Assembly (NCBI GenBank): GCA_964598655.1
Contig: CAZRCT010000002.1
Location: forward strand, 904 to 64,903
DNA from: an uncultured Gemmatimonadaceae bacterium
Lineage (GTDB): Bacteria > Gemmatimonadota > Gemmatimonadetes > Gemmatimonadales > GWC2-71-9
Direction: 5' to 3'
DNA: 64,000 bases
A program made the translations under genes and the position numbers. The stretch's first letter is position 1; every line of letters starts with the position of its first letter. The notes beneath the pieces were generated by a model. It was not told the origin of the DNA. It did not search any database and saw only the letters and a list, made by a program, of their open reading frames with translations. Positions 37,140 to 46,034 of this stretch are shown here, piece by piece.

Positions 37140-38545
37140 CGGCTCACCGTGGCCAGTTCACCGCGGAGACCCAACTCCACGCCCTGCACCCGGCGGTTCA
37201 TACCCTGCAGCCCCCGTGCGTGATAGATGATGGTCACCGGCACGCTGTCCGCGATGAAGCGGAGCACGGCGGCCAGCCCCGGCGGGGCCCGGAGGCCCGA
37301 CAGCTCCGCGAGCGGGGCAAGATAGCCGAGCCCGAGGTCGCCGGGAGTGCCGAGGACGGCGGCCTCGAAGTCGGGCGCCGGGCCGTACACGCGGGCGAGG
37401 AAGGCGGAGAGCTCGAGCTGGCGGATGCGGACCACCATGCCGTGGCGCGCGAGCTGCGCCTGCAGCATCTGCTCCATGGCGGCCTCGCCCGAGCCCACGG
37501 TCAGCAGCTCGAAGGCCGGCGGCGGCCCCGCCGCCACCCCGGGGCGCGGCGCCACCGGCAGCACGGGAGCCGGCACCCCGGGCGGGACCGGCGTGTCGCC
37601 GGGCGTGCCGAAGCCGTACGTGAAGCCGTCGACGATGGCCCGGCGGTCGAGCGCGGCCGCCACGGCGGCGCGGGCGCCGGGCGCGTTGAAGGGCGGGCGC
37701 CGCGCGTTGAAGACGATGCCCACGGAGAAGAGCAGCGGGTAGTCCACCGCGCGGAGGTCCGGGCGCTCGGCCACGAACCGCGCGTGCGCGGGCTGGATGC
37801 CGGCGAAGTCGAGCTCGCCCGCCGCGAGGGCGGCGAGCTTGGTCATCGGCTCGTCCACCACCGCGATGACCAGGCGCTCCAGCGCCGGGGGGCCGCCCAG
37901 GCTGGCCGGGAAGTCCGGGTTCCGCGCGAAGACCCAGCGCCGGTTGGGCTCGTGGGCCACGAAGCGGAACGGGCCGTTCCCGACCGGGGCCTGCTGCCAC
38001 GCCGCCTGACGGAGCCGTTCCCGCGGGATGGTGTCCAGCAGGTGGCGCGGCAGGATGGCCAGGTCGGTGAGCACGTCCGGCACCCGGCCGGGCGCCGTGG
38101 CGAAGTCGAGCACCAGCGTGGAGTCGTCGGGCGCGGTGGCGCGGAGGCCCGTGAGGTCGGTGAGGCGCGGGTACCCGATGCCGATGTCCTGTGCCGTGGT
38201 GAGCGTCCACGCGGCATCGCGGGCGGTGGTGGGCGCGCCGTCGTGCCAGCGCACCTCGGTGGTCACCCGCATGGTGAGCCGCCGGCCATCGGCGGACCAG
38301 TCCCAGCGACGGGCCAGGTAGGGCGCCACCTGCATGGTGCTGTCGTACTGCACCAGCGTGGTGAGCAGCACGTAGCGCTGCACCTGCCGCGCCAGCGGAT
38401 GCACCGTGAAGAGCGGGTTGATGCTCTGCAGGTCCGCGCCCGAGGCAAAGAGCACCGTGTCCCCACGGCGCGCCGCCAGGTCCCCGCAGCCCGCGAGCGG
38501 GGAGAGTCCTGCCAGCACCACTCCGAGCCGCCACGCGGTCCGCAT
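37121..38545 (-). CDS. ABC transporter substrate-binding lipoprotein, family 5 (Opp/Dpp-type)
   Basis: 474 aa from the ATG at 38545 with a lipobox (LSPLAGCGD). It shows the family-5 pattern (DLQSINPL, RWHDGAPTTARD, GNGPFRF, and the LRAVDYP region). Confidence 0.85.
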   Translation of the reverse strand: MRTAWRLGVVLAGLSPLAGCGDLAARRGDTVLFASGADLQSINPLFTVHPLARQVQRYVLLTTLVQYDSTMQVAPYLARRWDWSADGRRLTMRVTTEVRWHDGAPTTARDAAWTLTTAQDIGIGYPRLTDLTGLRATAPDDSTLVLDFATAPGRVPDVLTDLAILPRHLLDTIPRERLRQAAWQQAPVGNGPFRFVAHEPNRRWVFARNPDFPASLGGPPALERLVIAVVDEPMTKLAALAAGELDFAGIQPAHARFVAERPDLRAVDYPLLFSVGIVFNARRPPFNAPGARAAVAAALDRRAIVDGFTYGFGTPGDTPVPPGVPAPVLPVAPRPGVAAGPPPAFELLTVGSGEAAMEQMLQAQLARHGMVVRIRQLELSAFLARVYGPAPDFEAAVLGTPGDLGLGYLAPLAELSGLRAPPGLAAVLRFIADSVPVTIIYHARGLQGMNRRVQGVELGLRGELATVSRWHVRP

Positions 38546-38626
38546 GCCCGAAAGGTGGGCCCCGGCCCGCCGAACGCAACGCCGGGCGGCTGGCGGCGGG
38601 TCCGCGGCCCGGGCAGATTCCCGGCC

Positions 38627-39589
38627 ATGCTCCTCCGGATGCTCGGGCGCGCCGCCACCGCCGGCGCGGTGGTCCTCGGCGTGGTGCTGCTCACCTTCCT
38701 GCTGCTGCACCTCGCCCCCGGCGATCCCGCCGTCCACCTCGCCGGCCCCGCCACGACCGCCGACCAGCTCGCCGCCGTGCGCCACACGCTCGGGCTCGAC
38801 CAGCCCCTGCCGCGCCAGCTCCTGGTCTGGCTCGGCCGCGCGGCCACCGGCGAGTGGGGCATCAGCCTCGCCACCGGCCGCCCCGTGGCCGCCATGCTCG
38901 GGGAGGCCTGGCCGTGGACCGCCGTGCTGGTGCTGCTGTCGCTCGGGCTGTCCTATCTGCTCGGGATCGGGCTGGCGCTGCTCCAGGCGCAGGGCTCCGC
39001 GCGGCGCGACACCGTGCTCTCGGTCCTCTCGGTGGCCCTCTTCGCCGTGCCGGCCTACTGGCTCGCGCTGGTGCTGGTGTGGGTGTTCAGCTGGCGGCTC
39101 GGCTGGCTGCCCGCCTTCGGCGGCGCGGGCGTGGACGCCGACTTCCTGCCGGCGGGCGCGCGCGCCCTGGACCGGCTCCGGCACCTCGCGCTGCCGCTGG
39201 CGACGCTCACGCTGATCGGCGTGGGCGGGGCCGCGCGGTTCGTGCGCGGCTCGCTCTTCGACGCGCGACGCGAGCCCTTCCTGGTGGCGGCGCGCGCCCG
39301 CGGCCTCCCCGGCCGCCGCCTGCTCTTCCGCCACCTGCTGCGCAACGCCCTCGGACCCGTGGTCACGCTGCTCGGCCTCTCGCTGCCCGCGCTGTTCTCC
39401 GGCACCGTGTTCGTCGAGGGCGTGTTCGCGTGGCCGGGCGTGGGCCGGGTGCTGCTGCTCGGGGTGCAGGCGCGGGACTACCCGGTGGTCATGGCCGCCA
39501 CGCTGGTGAGCGCCCTCCTGGTGGTGCTCGGCACGCTGCTGGCCGACCTGCTCCGGGCCTGGGTGGACCCGCGGCTGCGCCATGCCTGA
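38627..39589 (+). CDS. ABC transporter permease (DppB/OppB-type)
   Basis: 320 aa from the ATG at 38627, with an N-terminal FLLLHLAPGDPA and the EAA-loop region ARARGLPGRRLLFRHLLRNAL. Confidence 0.9.
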   Translation: MLLRMLGRAATAGAVVLGVVLLTFLLLHLAPGDPAVHLAGPATTADQLAAVRHTLGLDQPLPRQLLVWLGRAATGEWGISLATGRPVAAMLGEAWPWTAVLVLLSLGLSYLLGIGLALLQAQGSARRDTVLSVLSVALFAVPAYWLALVLVWVFSWRLGWLPAFGGAGVDADFLPAGARALDRLRHLALPLATLTLIGVGGAARFVRGSLFDARREPFLVAARARGLPGRRLLFRHLLRNALGPVVTLLGLSLPALFSGTVFVEGVFAWPGVGRVLLLGVQARDYPVVMAATLVSALLVVLGTLLADLLRAWVDPRLRHA

Positions 39590-40427
39590 CTCGGCCCTCC
39601 TCCGCGACCGCCGCGCCCGCGCCGGCCTGCTCCTGCTCGGGGCCCTCGCCGGGCTCGCGCTCCTCGCCCCGCTCGTGGCCGGCGCCGACCCCGTGGCCCA
39701 GGGCGACGTCGTGGCCACCCGGTTCCTCACGCCGCTCGCGCATGGACCGGACGGGCACTTCCACCTGCTCGGCACCGACCGCTTCGGGCGCGACGTCTGG
39801 GCCCGGCTGGTGCATGGCGCGCGGGTGTCGCTCCTCACGGGCTTCCTGGCCACGGCCATCGCGGTGGGGATCGGGCTCGTGGTGGGCACCGTGGCGGGCG
39901 TGTGGCGCGGCCCGCTCGGGCGCGCCCTGATGGCCGCCACCGACTTCGCGCTGGCGCTGCCGCGCGTGGTGCTCCTGCTCCTCCTCGCCGCGCTCTGGCC
40001 GCCGAGCGGGGTGCTGGTGGTGCTGGTGCTGGGGCTCACCGGGTGGATGAGCATCGCCCGGCTGGTGCACGGGGAGGCGGTGGCGCTCATGGCGCGGCCC
40101 TTCGTGCTCGCGGCACGCAGCCTCGGCGCGCGGCGGCTCCGCCTCGCCGCCCGCCACCTGGTGCCCAACCTCTGGACGCCGGTGACGGTGGCCGCGGCGC
40201 TCGGCGTGGGCAATGCCATCACCCTCGAGGCGGGGCTCAGCTACCTCGGCCTCGGCGTGCAGCCGCCCGCGCCGAGCTGGGGCGGGATGATCGCCTCGGG
40301 GCGGGACACGCTGGTGAATGCGCCGTGGGTGGCCCTCGCGCCCGGCCTCGCGCTGGTCCTCACGGTGGTGGCCTGCACCCTGCTCGGCGACGCGCTCCGC
40401 GACCACCTCGCCGGCCACGCCGACTGA
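39582..40427 (+). CDS. ABC transporter permease (DppC/OppC-type)
   Basis: 281 aa with HLLGTDRFGRDVWARLVHGARVSL and ARSLGARRLRLAARHLVPN (EAA loop). It overlaps the upstream gene by 8 nt. Confidence 0.9.
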   Translation: MPDSALLRDRRARAGLLLLGALAGLALLAPLVAGADPVAQGDVVATRFLTPLAHGPDGHFHLLGTDRFGRDVWARLVHGARVSLLTGFLATAIAVGIGLVVGTVAGVWRGPLGRALMAATDFALALPRVVLLLLLAALWPPSGVLVVLVLGLTGWMSIARLVHGEAVALMARPFVLAARSLGARRLRLAARHLVPNLWTPVTVAAALGVGNAITLEAGLSYLGLGVQPPAPSWGGMIASGRDTLVNAPWVALAPGLALVLTVVACTLLGDALRDHLAGHAD

Positions 40428-40438
40428 CCCGGGACGCG

Positions 40439-42049
40439 ATGCTCGACGCCCTGACCATGGACTACGCCCTCACCGTGCCGGCCCTGCTCCGGCGCGCCCG
40501 GGCACACTTCGGCACCAAGCGCATCACCAGCCGCCAGGCCGACGGCACGCTCACGCGCACCACCTACGACGCCCTGCTCACCCGCGCCGGGCGCCTCGCG
40601 GCCGCCCTCCGCCGCCTCGGCGTTCAGGACGGGGAGCCCGTCGCCACGCTCTGCTGGAACCACGACCGCCACCTCGAGGCGTACTACGCCATTCCCGCCA
40701 TGGGCGCGGTGCTCCACCCGCTCAACCTCCGGCTGAGCGCCGCCGAGCTGGGCCACGTGGTGCGTGAGGCGGGAAACCGCGTGCTGCTGGTGGACGCTGA
40801 GCTGGTGCCGCTGGCGGAGGGGTTCCTGGCCGGCAGCGCCATCACCACGGTGGTGGTGGGGGGGGCGGGCGCGGCCGGCCGGCCGGGGTGGCTGGACTAC
40901 GAGGCCCTGATCGGCGCGGAAGCCGGGCCGCTCGACCTGGGCGCCATGGAGCTGGCGGAGACCCGCGCCGCCGCCATGTGCCACACCTCGGGCACCACCG
41001 GCCACGCCAAGGGCGTGGTGTATTCCCACCGGGCGCTGGTGCTGCACTCGCTCAACCTGGCCACCGCCGACCTCTTCGGCCTCCGGGAGGCCGACGTGAT
41101 CCTCCCGGCGGTCGCCATGTTCCACGCCAACGCCTGGGGCCTGCCGTACGCCGCGGCCCTGGTGGGCGCCGACCTGGTGCTCCCGGGCGCGCACCTCGAC
41201 GCGCGCGGGCTCCGCACGCTGCTCGCGGGCGAGCGCGTCACCTTCACCGCGGGCGTGCCCACCATCTGGCTGGCGCTCCTGGAGCTGCTCGACGCCGAGC
41301 CCGGGGCGGCGGACCTCTCCGCCCTGCGGATGGTGGTGGTGGGCGGCGCCCCGATGCCGCAGGCGCTCCTCGACGGGCTCGAGGGACGCCACGGCGTGCC
41401 GCTGCACCACTCGTGGGGCATGACGGAACTGGCCCCCGTCGGGACGCTCAACCGGGTGCCCAGCTGGGGCGCCGGGGATCCCACCTACCGCACCTGGGCC
41501 GGCACCCCCGGCCCCTTCCTCGAGATCCGCGCCCGCGGCGAGGCGGGCCTCGTGGCCTGGGACGGCGAGAGCGTGGGTGAGCTCGAGGTGCGGGGGCCGG
41601 CCGTGGCGGCGGGCTACCTGGGCCAGGGGGCGCCACCCGCCAGCTTCACGCCGGACGGCTGGTTCCGCACCGGCGACGTGGTGAGCATCGACGCGCACGG
41701 CACCCTCCGCCTGCGGGACCGCGCCAAGGACCTGGTGAAGTCCGGCGGAGAGTGGATCAGCTCGGTGGCGCTCGAGGTGGCGCTGATGAACCACCCGGCG
41801 ATCCTCGAGGCGGCCGTCGTGGCGGTGCCGCACCCCCGGTGGATCGAGCGGCCCCTCGCCGCCATCGTGCTGCGGAACGGCGCCACGGTGACCGACGCGG
41901 AGCTCGCGGCCCACCTCGCCACGAGCTGCCCGCGGTGGTGGGTGCCCGACGCCTTCGTGCGGGTGGACGCGATCCCCCGCACCAGCACCGGCAAGTTCCA
42001 GAAGACCGCGCTCCGCGAACGCTTCCGCGACCACTACGCCGCGCCGTGA
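40439..42049 (+). CDS. AMP-dependent acyl-CoA synthetase/ligase (long/medium-chain fatty-acid CoA ligase-like)
   Basis: 536 aa with the AMP-binding motif I MCHTSGTTGHAKGV, motif II WFRTGD and DRAKDLVKSGGEWIS, and the C-terminal IPRTSTGKFQK. Confidence 0.88.
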   Translation: MLDALTMDYALTVPALLRRARAHFGTKRITSRQADGTLTRTTYDALLTRAGRLAAALRRLGVQDGEPVATLCWNHDRHLEAYYAIPAMGAVLHPLNLRLSAAELGHVVREAGNRVLLVDAELVPLAEGFLAGSAITTVVVGGAGAAGRPGWLDYEALIGAEAGPLDLGAMELAETRAAAMCHTSGTTGHAKGVVYSHRALVLHSLNLATADLFGLREADVILPAVAMFHANAWGLPYAAALVGADLVLPGAHLDARGLRTLLAGERVTFTAGVPTIWLALLELLDAEPGAADLSALRMVVVGGAPMPQALLDGLEGRHGVPLHHSWGMTELAPVGTLNRVPSWGAGDPTYRTWAGTPGPFLEIRARGEAGLVAWDGESVGELEVRGPAVAAGYLGQGAPPASFTPDGWFRTGDVVSIDAHGTLRLRDRAKDLVKSGGEWISSVALEVALMNHPAILEAAVVAVPHPRWIERPLAAIVLRNGATVTDAELAAHLATSCPRWWVPDAFVRVDAIPRTSTGKFQKTALRERFRDHYAAP

Positions 42050-42813
42050 ACCCGCTCCTCGATCCCGCCGCGCGCCTCGTCATCGGCCACCGGGGCGCCG
42101 CCGCGTACGCGCCCGAGAACACGCTGGAGAGCTTTCGCCTGGCGCTCGCGCAGGGGGCCGACGCCCTCGAGTTCGACCTCCGCCGCTCCCGCGATGGCGT
42201 CGCGATGGTCTTCCACGATCCCACCCTCGAGCGCACCACCGACGGCGCGGGGCCGCTCGCCGCCCTCACCGCGAGCGAGCTCCAGCGCCTCGATGCCGGC
42301 CGGCACTTCACCGGCCCGGCCGGCGCCACCCCGTATCGCGGCACCGGCGTCCGCATCCCCACCTTCCAGGAGGTGGTACGGGCGTTCCCGGGGGTGCCGC
42401 TGCTGATCGAGATCAAGGAAGTGGAGGTGCAGGAGCTGGCGGCCGCCGTCCTGCGCGAGGAAGGCGCCGCCCCCCGCGCCGTGGTGGCCGGCAACGACTG
42501 GCGCGCCCTCGCCGCCTTTCGCGACCCCCCCTTCCACCTCGGCGCCTCCCGCCGCGACATCGCGCGGCTCTACTTCGGCCTCGGCGCGCCGGACGCGCGC
42601 TGCGTGAACTACGCCGTGCCGGAGTTCCACTACGGCCTCCCCATCCCGAGCCGCCGCTTCGTCCGCCGCGCCCGCGCCCGCGGCGCCACCGTGCACGTCT
42701 GGACGGTCGATGACGCCCGCTCCGCCCTCCGCTGGTGGCGCAACGGGGCGAATGGCATGGTGACCAATCGCCCCGACGCGATCCACTCGGCCCGCACCCT
42801 CCTCGCGCGCTAG
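42046..42813 (+). CDS. Glycerophosphodiester phosphodiesterase
   Basis: The GTG start overlaps the upstream stop (GTGA). GDPD motifs are present: IGHRGAAAYAPENTLESF, ALEFDLRRSRDGVAMVFHDPTLERTTDG and VHVWTVD. Confidence 0.85.
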   Translation: MNPLLDPAARLVIGHRGAAAYAPENTLESFRLALAQGADALEFDLRRSRDGVAMVFHDPTLERTTDGAGPLAALTASELQRLDAGRHFTGPAGATPYRGTGVRIPTFQEVVRAFPGVPLLIEIKEVEVQELAAAVLREEGAAPRAVVAGNDWRALAAFRDPPFHLGASRRDIARLYFGLGAPDARCVNYAVPEFHYGLPIPSRRFVRRARARGATVHVWTVDDARSALRWWRNGANGMVTNRPDAIHSARTLLAR

Positions 42814-42817
42814 CGGC

Positions 42818-43252
42818 TCACGGCAGCACCGCCAGGCACTCGATCTCCACCAGCGCGCCGAGCGCCAGGCCGCTGCCCGCCAACGTGGAACGCGCGGGCG
42901 GGTCCACCGGCCAGTAGCTCCCGTACACCTCGTTCATCGCGGCGTAGTCGGCGATGTCCTTGAGGAACACCGTGCACTTCACCACGTGCTGGAGGTCGCT
43001 GCCGGCCGCGGTGAGCACCGTCTTGACGTTCTCGAGCGTCTGGCGCGTTTCCGCGCGGATGCCGCCCGGCACCAGCTCGCGGGTCCCGATCCGGTTGCCG
43101 AGCTGGCCGGAGAGGTACAGCACGTTTCCCACCTTGACCACCGGCGAGAACGGGAGCCCGGCCACGGCGCCGGGCACGGGGAGCACTTCCCGCTGCTGGG
43201 CCGCAAGCGGGAAAGCCAGCAGCAGCAGGCACGCGGTGACGAGGCGACGCAT
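42818..43252 (-). CDS. RidA/YjgF-family protein with an N-terminal signal-like segment
   Basis: 144 aa with MRRLVTACLLLLAFPLAAQQ followed by a RidA core (VLYLSGQLG, ETRQTLENVKTVL, VVKCTVFLKDI, ARSTL, VEIECLA). Confidence 0.85.
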   Translation of the reverse strand: MRRLVTACLLLLAFPLAAQQREVLPVPGAVAGLPFSPVVKVGNVLYLSGQLGNRIGTRELVPGGIRAETRQTLENVKTVLTAAGSDLQHVVKCTVFLKDIADYAAMNEVYGSYWPVDPPARSTLAGSGLALGALVEIECLAVLP

Positions 43253-45921
43253 CACGGTCTCCAGGGGGCGAAGGTGAGGTGGAAGGTGACCAGCTCGTGC
43301 GGGCCGGCCGTGAACGACAGGGCACTGAGGGCCGCACCCGCCGCCGGCGGGCCGAGGGGCGTGCCGTCGGCGCGCACGCGGGTGGCCCCGCTCACCGGCC
43401 GCGCGAAGCGCCAGGTCCCGGCCACCGCGGCGGGCCGCGCGTTGTAGCAGCGCAGCAGGAAGCCCTCGCCGGTGCGCGCCGGATGGCAGCTCGAGAACAC
43501 CAGGCCCTCGCCCTCGAGCGTCATGCCCGTGGGCGGCGTGGCGGCCGGCTCGGCGAGCGCCTGACGGAGCCAGGTGCCCTGCACCGGCAGGAAGGTGTCC
43601 TCCCAGAGGCACTCGAGGCGCTCCGGCGCGTGCAGGAGAGCCTCGGTGGCCCAGGCCAGCCCGAACGGGATCACCTCCGTGCCGAGACACTGCGCACCCG
43701 GCGTGGGGGTGGGCCACCCCGCGTGACCGGGGCGCGTCGCGAGCCCGGGCTTCGAGAGTTCGCCGGTGGCACGGAGCAGGGTCACCAGCAGCTCGCCGCG
43801 TGCCGTCCACTCATACTCGAAGAACCCGGGCAGCAGCACCGCGAGCCCCATCGCACCCCGCGCGGCGGCCACCCACCGGTGCGCCGGGGCGGTGGGGACC
43901 GGCGTCTCCCGGAGCGCCCCGCGCACCGGCGCCCGGCGCGGCACCGGCCCCCGCTCCACGCTGCCGAACTGGGCCCCGGCCGCGCAGCGCGCCCCGCGGA
44001 GCCCAGTGGGGAAGCGGAGCCGCAACCGGTGGTCGGTGGCCTGGTTCTCCAGGCGGATGGTGCCGCGCACCGCCGCCTCGTCGCCGACGAGTTGCAGGGT
44101 GTAGCCCGCCCGCACCCGGCCCGTGTCCCGCGACAGCCGCACCTCCCAGCCGAGGCCGGCCACGAACGGGCCGTCGGCGAGCACCCGGGCGCGCACCCGG
44201 GCCTGCGGGGTCACCGGGCGGTCGCCGCGCACGGGCGCGAACGCATAGGTGTCGCCGGCATCGCCCTCGTCCACCAGTTCGGCCAGGCCATCGAGGCGCC
44301 GGAGGGAGGCGGCGTCCACCAGCTGCACCGTGCCGGTGGGGCTCACGGCCGCCTGCACGCGGCCGTTGCCGATGGCGGCGCGCCCCACCTCGACGAAGGG
44401 CTCGGCCGGGGCGCCATGGGATTCCGTCAGCTCCACGCTGGACACCCCCAGCCCGGGCATCGCGGCCGGCAGCGGGAAGGCCACCCGCACCACGTCCACC
44501 AGGTCCTGGTCCGGGTAGTGCCGAGGGGCGTCGAGCCGCTCCTGCCCGCGCGCCACGCCGAGGACCTGTGGCATCACGGGGATGCCGTCCACCAGCAGGC
44601 CGAATGGCCGGACGCCGGGCCCGCGCCGGGGACGGCGGGCCCCGGGGGGCCCCACGAGCACATCCTCGCGGAAGAAGGTCAGGTCCGCCACCACCACGCC
44701 CCCGCGGGCTCGCGCCGCCGGGTTCCAGAGCGCGAGCCTCGGCCGCACCGGCGCCCCGTCCCGGGCCCGGTCGGGATCGTGCCCCATCACCGCGTGCAGC
44801 GCGCGCCGCACCACCTCCCCGCCCAGCGCCTCGGCGTCGGTGAGGCGGGTGGCCATGGCGTCCGCCACCGCATCGTGCGCGGTCCCCGAGAGGGTGTCGT
44901 GGAACTGGCCCTGCACCACCTCGCGCCAGGCCCGCTCCAGGGTGCCGGCCGCGCCCGCCGCCCCCGCGAGCACCGCGAGCGGCTCGGCGTGCCGCAGGAG
45001 GAGCAGCTCCACGGCCGCGTTCCGGCGCTTCAGAGGCGCGCGCGTGGCGTGCGCCCCCTGGAGCGTCCAGGTGTAGCCGTAGGACCAGCGCAGTTCCCCG
45101 CGGATCTCGGGCAGCTCCCCGGCAGCTTCACGCGCGGCGGCCAGGAAGGCGGGCAGGGAGGACAGGCGGAACTCGCACTCCGCATCGGCGGCCGTGAGCC
45201 GCGTCGCCAGTCGCGGCAGCGCGGGATCCACGCCGTGGTGATCGGCCCCCACCAGCACCGCCACGTGGCGGGTTGCCGCGCGCGGGAGCACCGCCGCCTT
45301 GACCCGCGCCCACGCCCCGGGCAGCGCCGCGTCCGCCACCAGCAGGTTGGATCCGATTTCGTAGCCGTCCGCGGGCAGGTGGTACGTCAGCAGGCGGCGC
45401 CCATCCGGTGCGCGCCACCAGGCGAGGTCCTTCCCGCCCGTGCGATCGGGGTGCAGCCCGCGCCACACCACCGCACTCTCCAGCCCGAACTCCGCGGCGA
45501 GGGCGGGCAGCACCGCCGGATGGCCGAATGCATCCGGGCTGTAGCAGCACTGGGTCGCGGCGGCGGGGACCCGCCCTGTCAGGCGGGTGAGGTCCAGCCG
45601 CCCGAGCGCCAGGTTCCGGAGCAGCGCCTCGCCCGCGGGCACCTGCTCGTCCGCCAGCACGTACCACGGGCCGCTCGTGAGGCGCCCCCCGGCCATGGCT
45701 TGCGCCACCTCGTCGCGCCGCTCCGGGCGGAGCGCCAGGTAGTCCTCGAGCAGCACCGTCTGGCCGTCCAGGTGGAAGGCCGGGAGCTCCGGCGCATGGC
45801 GCAGCACGCCGAGCAGGCCGTCCATCGCCTCGGCCAGGCGCGCGCGGAAGCCGCCGAGCGGCAGGTACCACTCGCGGTCCCAGTGGGTGTGGGGGATCAG
45901 GTGGACGACGGGGCGCGCCAT
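43252..45921 (-). CDS. GH38-family alpha-mannosidase (cytoplasmic)
   Basis: 889 aa from the ATG at 45921 with the GH38 N-terminal signature VHLIPHTHWDREWY, then SGPWYVLADEQVP and CCYSPDAFGHP. Confidence 0.85.
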   Translation of the reverse strand: MARPVVHLIPHTHWDREWYLPLGGFRARLAEAMDGLLGVLRHAPELPAFHLDGQTVLLEDYLALRPERRDEVAQAMAGGRLTSGPWYVLADEQVPAGEALLRNLALGRLDLTRLTGRVPAAATQCCYSPDAFGHPAVLPALAAEFGLESAVVWRGLHPDRTGGKDLAWWRAPDGRRLLTYHLPADGYEIGSNLLVADAALPGAWARVKAAVLPRAATRHVAVLVGADHHGVDPALPRLATRLTAADAECEFRLSSLPAFLAAAREAAGELPEIRGELRWSYGYTWTLQGAHATRAPLKRRNAAVELLLLRHAEPLAVLAGAAGAAGTLERAWREVVQGQFHDTLSGTAHDAVADAMATRLTDAEALGGEVVRRALHAVMGHDPDRARDGAPVRPRLALWNPAARARGGVVVADLTFFREDVLVGPPGARRPRRGPGVRPFGLLVDGIPVMPQVLGVARGQERLDAPRHYPDQDLVDVVRVAFPLPAAMPGLGVSSVELTESHGAPAEPFVEVGRAAIGNGRVQAAVSPTGTVQLVDAASLRRLDGLAELVDEGDAGDTYAFAPVRGDRPVTPQARVRARVLADGPFVAGLGWEVRLSRDTGRVRAGYTLQLVGDEAAVRGTIRLENQATDHRLRLRFPTGLRGARCAAGAQFGSVERGPVPRRAPVRGALRETPVPTAPAHRWVAAARGAMGLAVLLPGFFEYEWTARGELLVTLLRATGELSKPGLATRPGHAGWPTPTPGAQCLGTEVIPFGLAWATEALLHAPERLECLWEDTFLPVQGTWLRQALAEPAATPPTGMTLEGEGLVFSSCHPARTGEGFLLRCYNARPAAVAGTWRFARPVSGATRVRADGTPLGPPAAGAALSALSFTAGPHELVTFHLTFAPWRP

Positions 45922-46034
45922 GCCCCCAATGCTAGCGGGCGGCGGGGCAAGCGGCAGGGGGCGCGTCGCCCTTCCATGCGTGCCCGCCGAATGCCAGATT
46001 CCCTGCACCTTCTCCACCTGCAGCAGGTGCCCCC

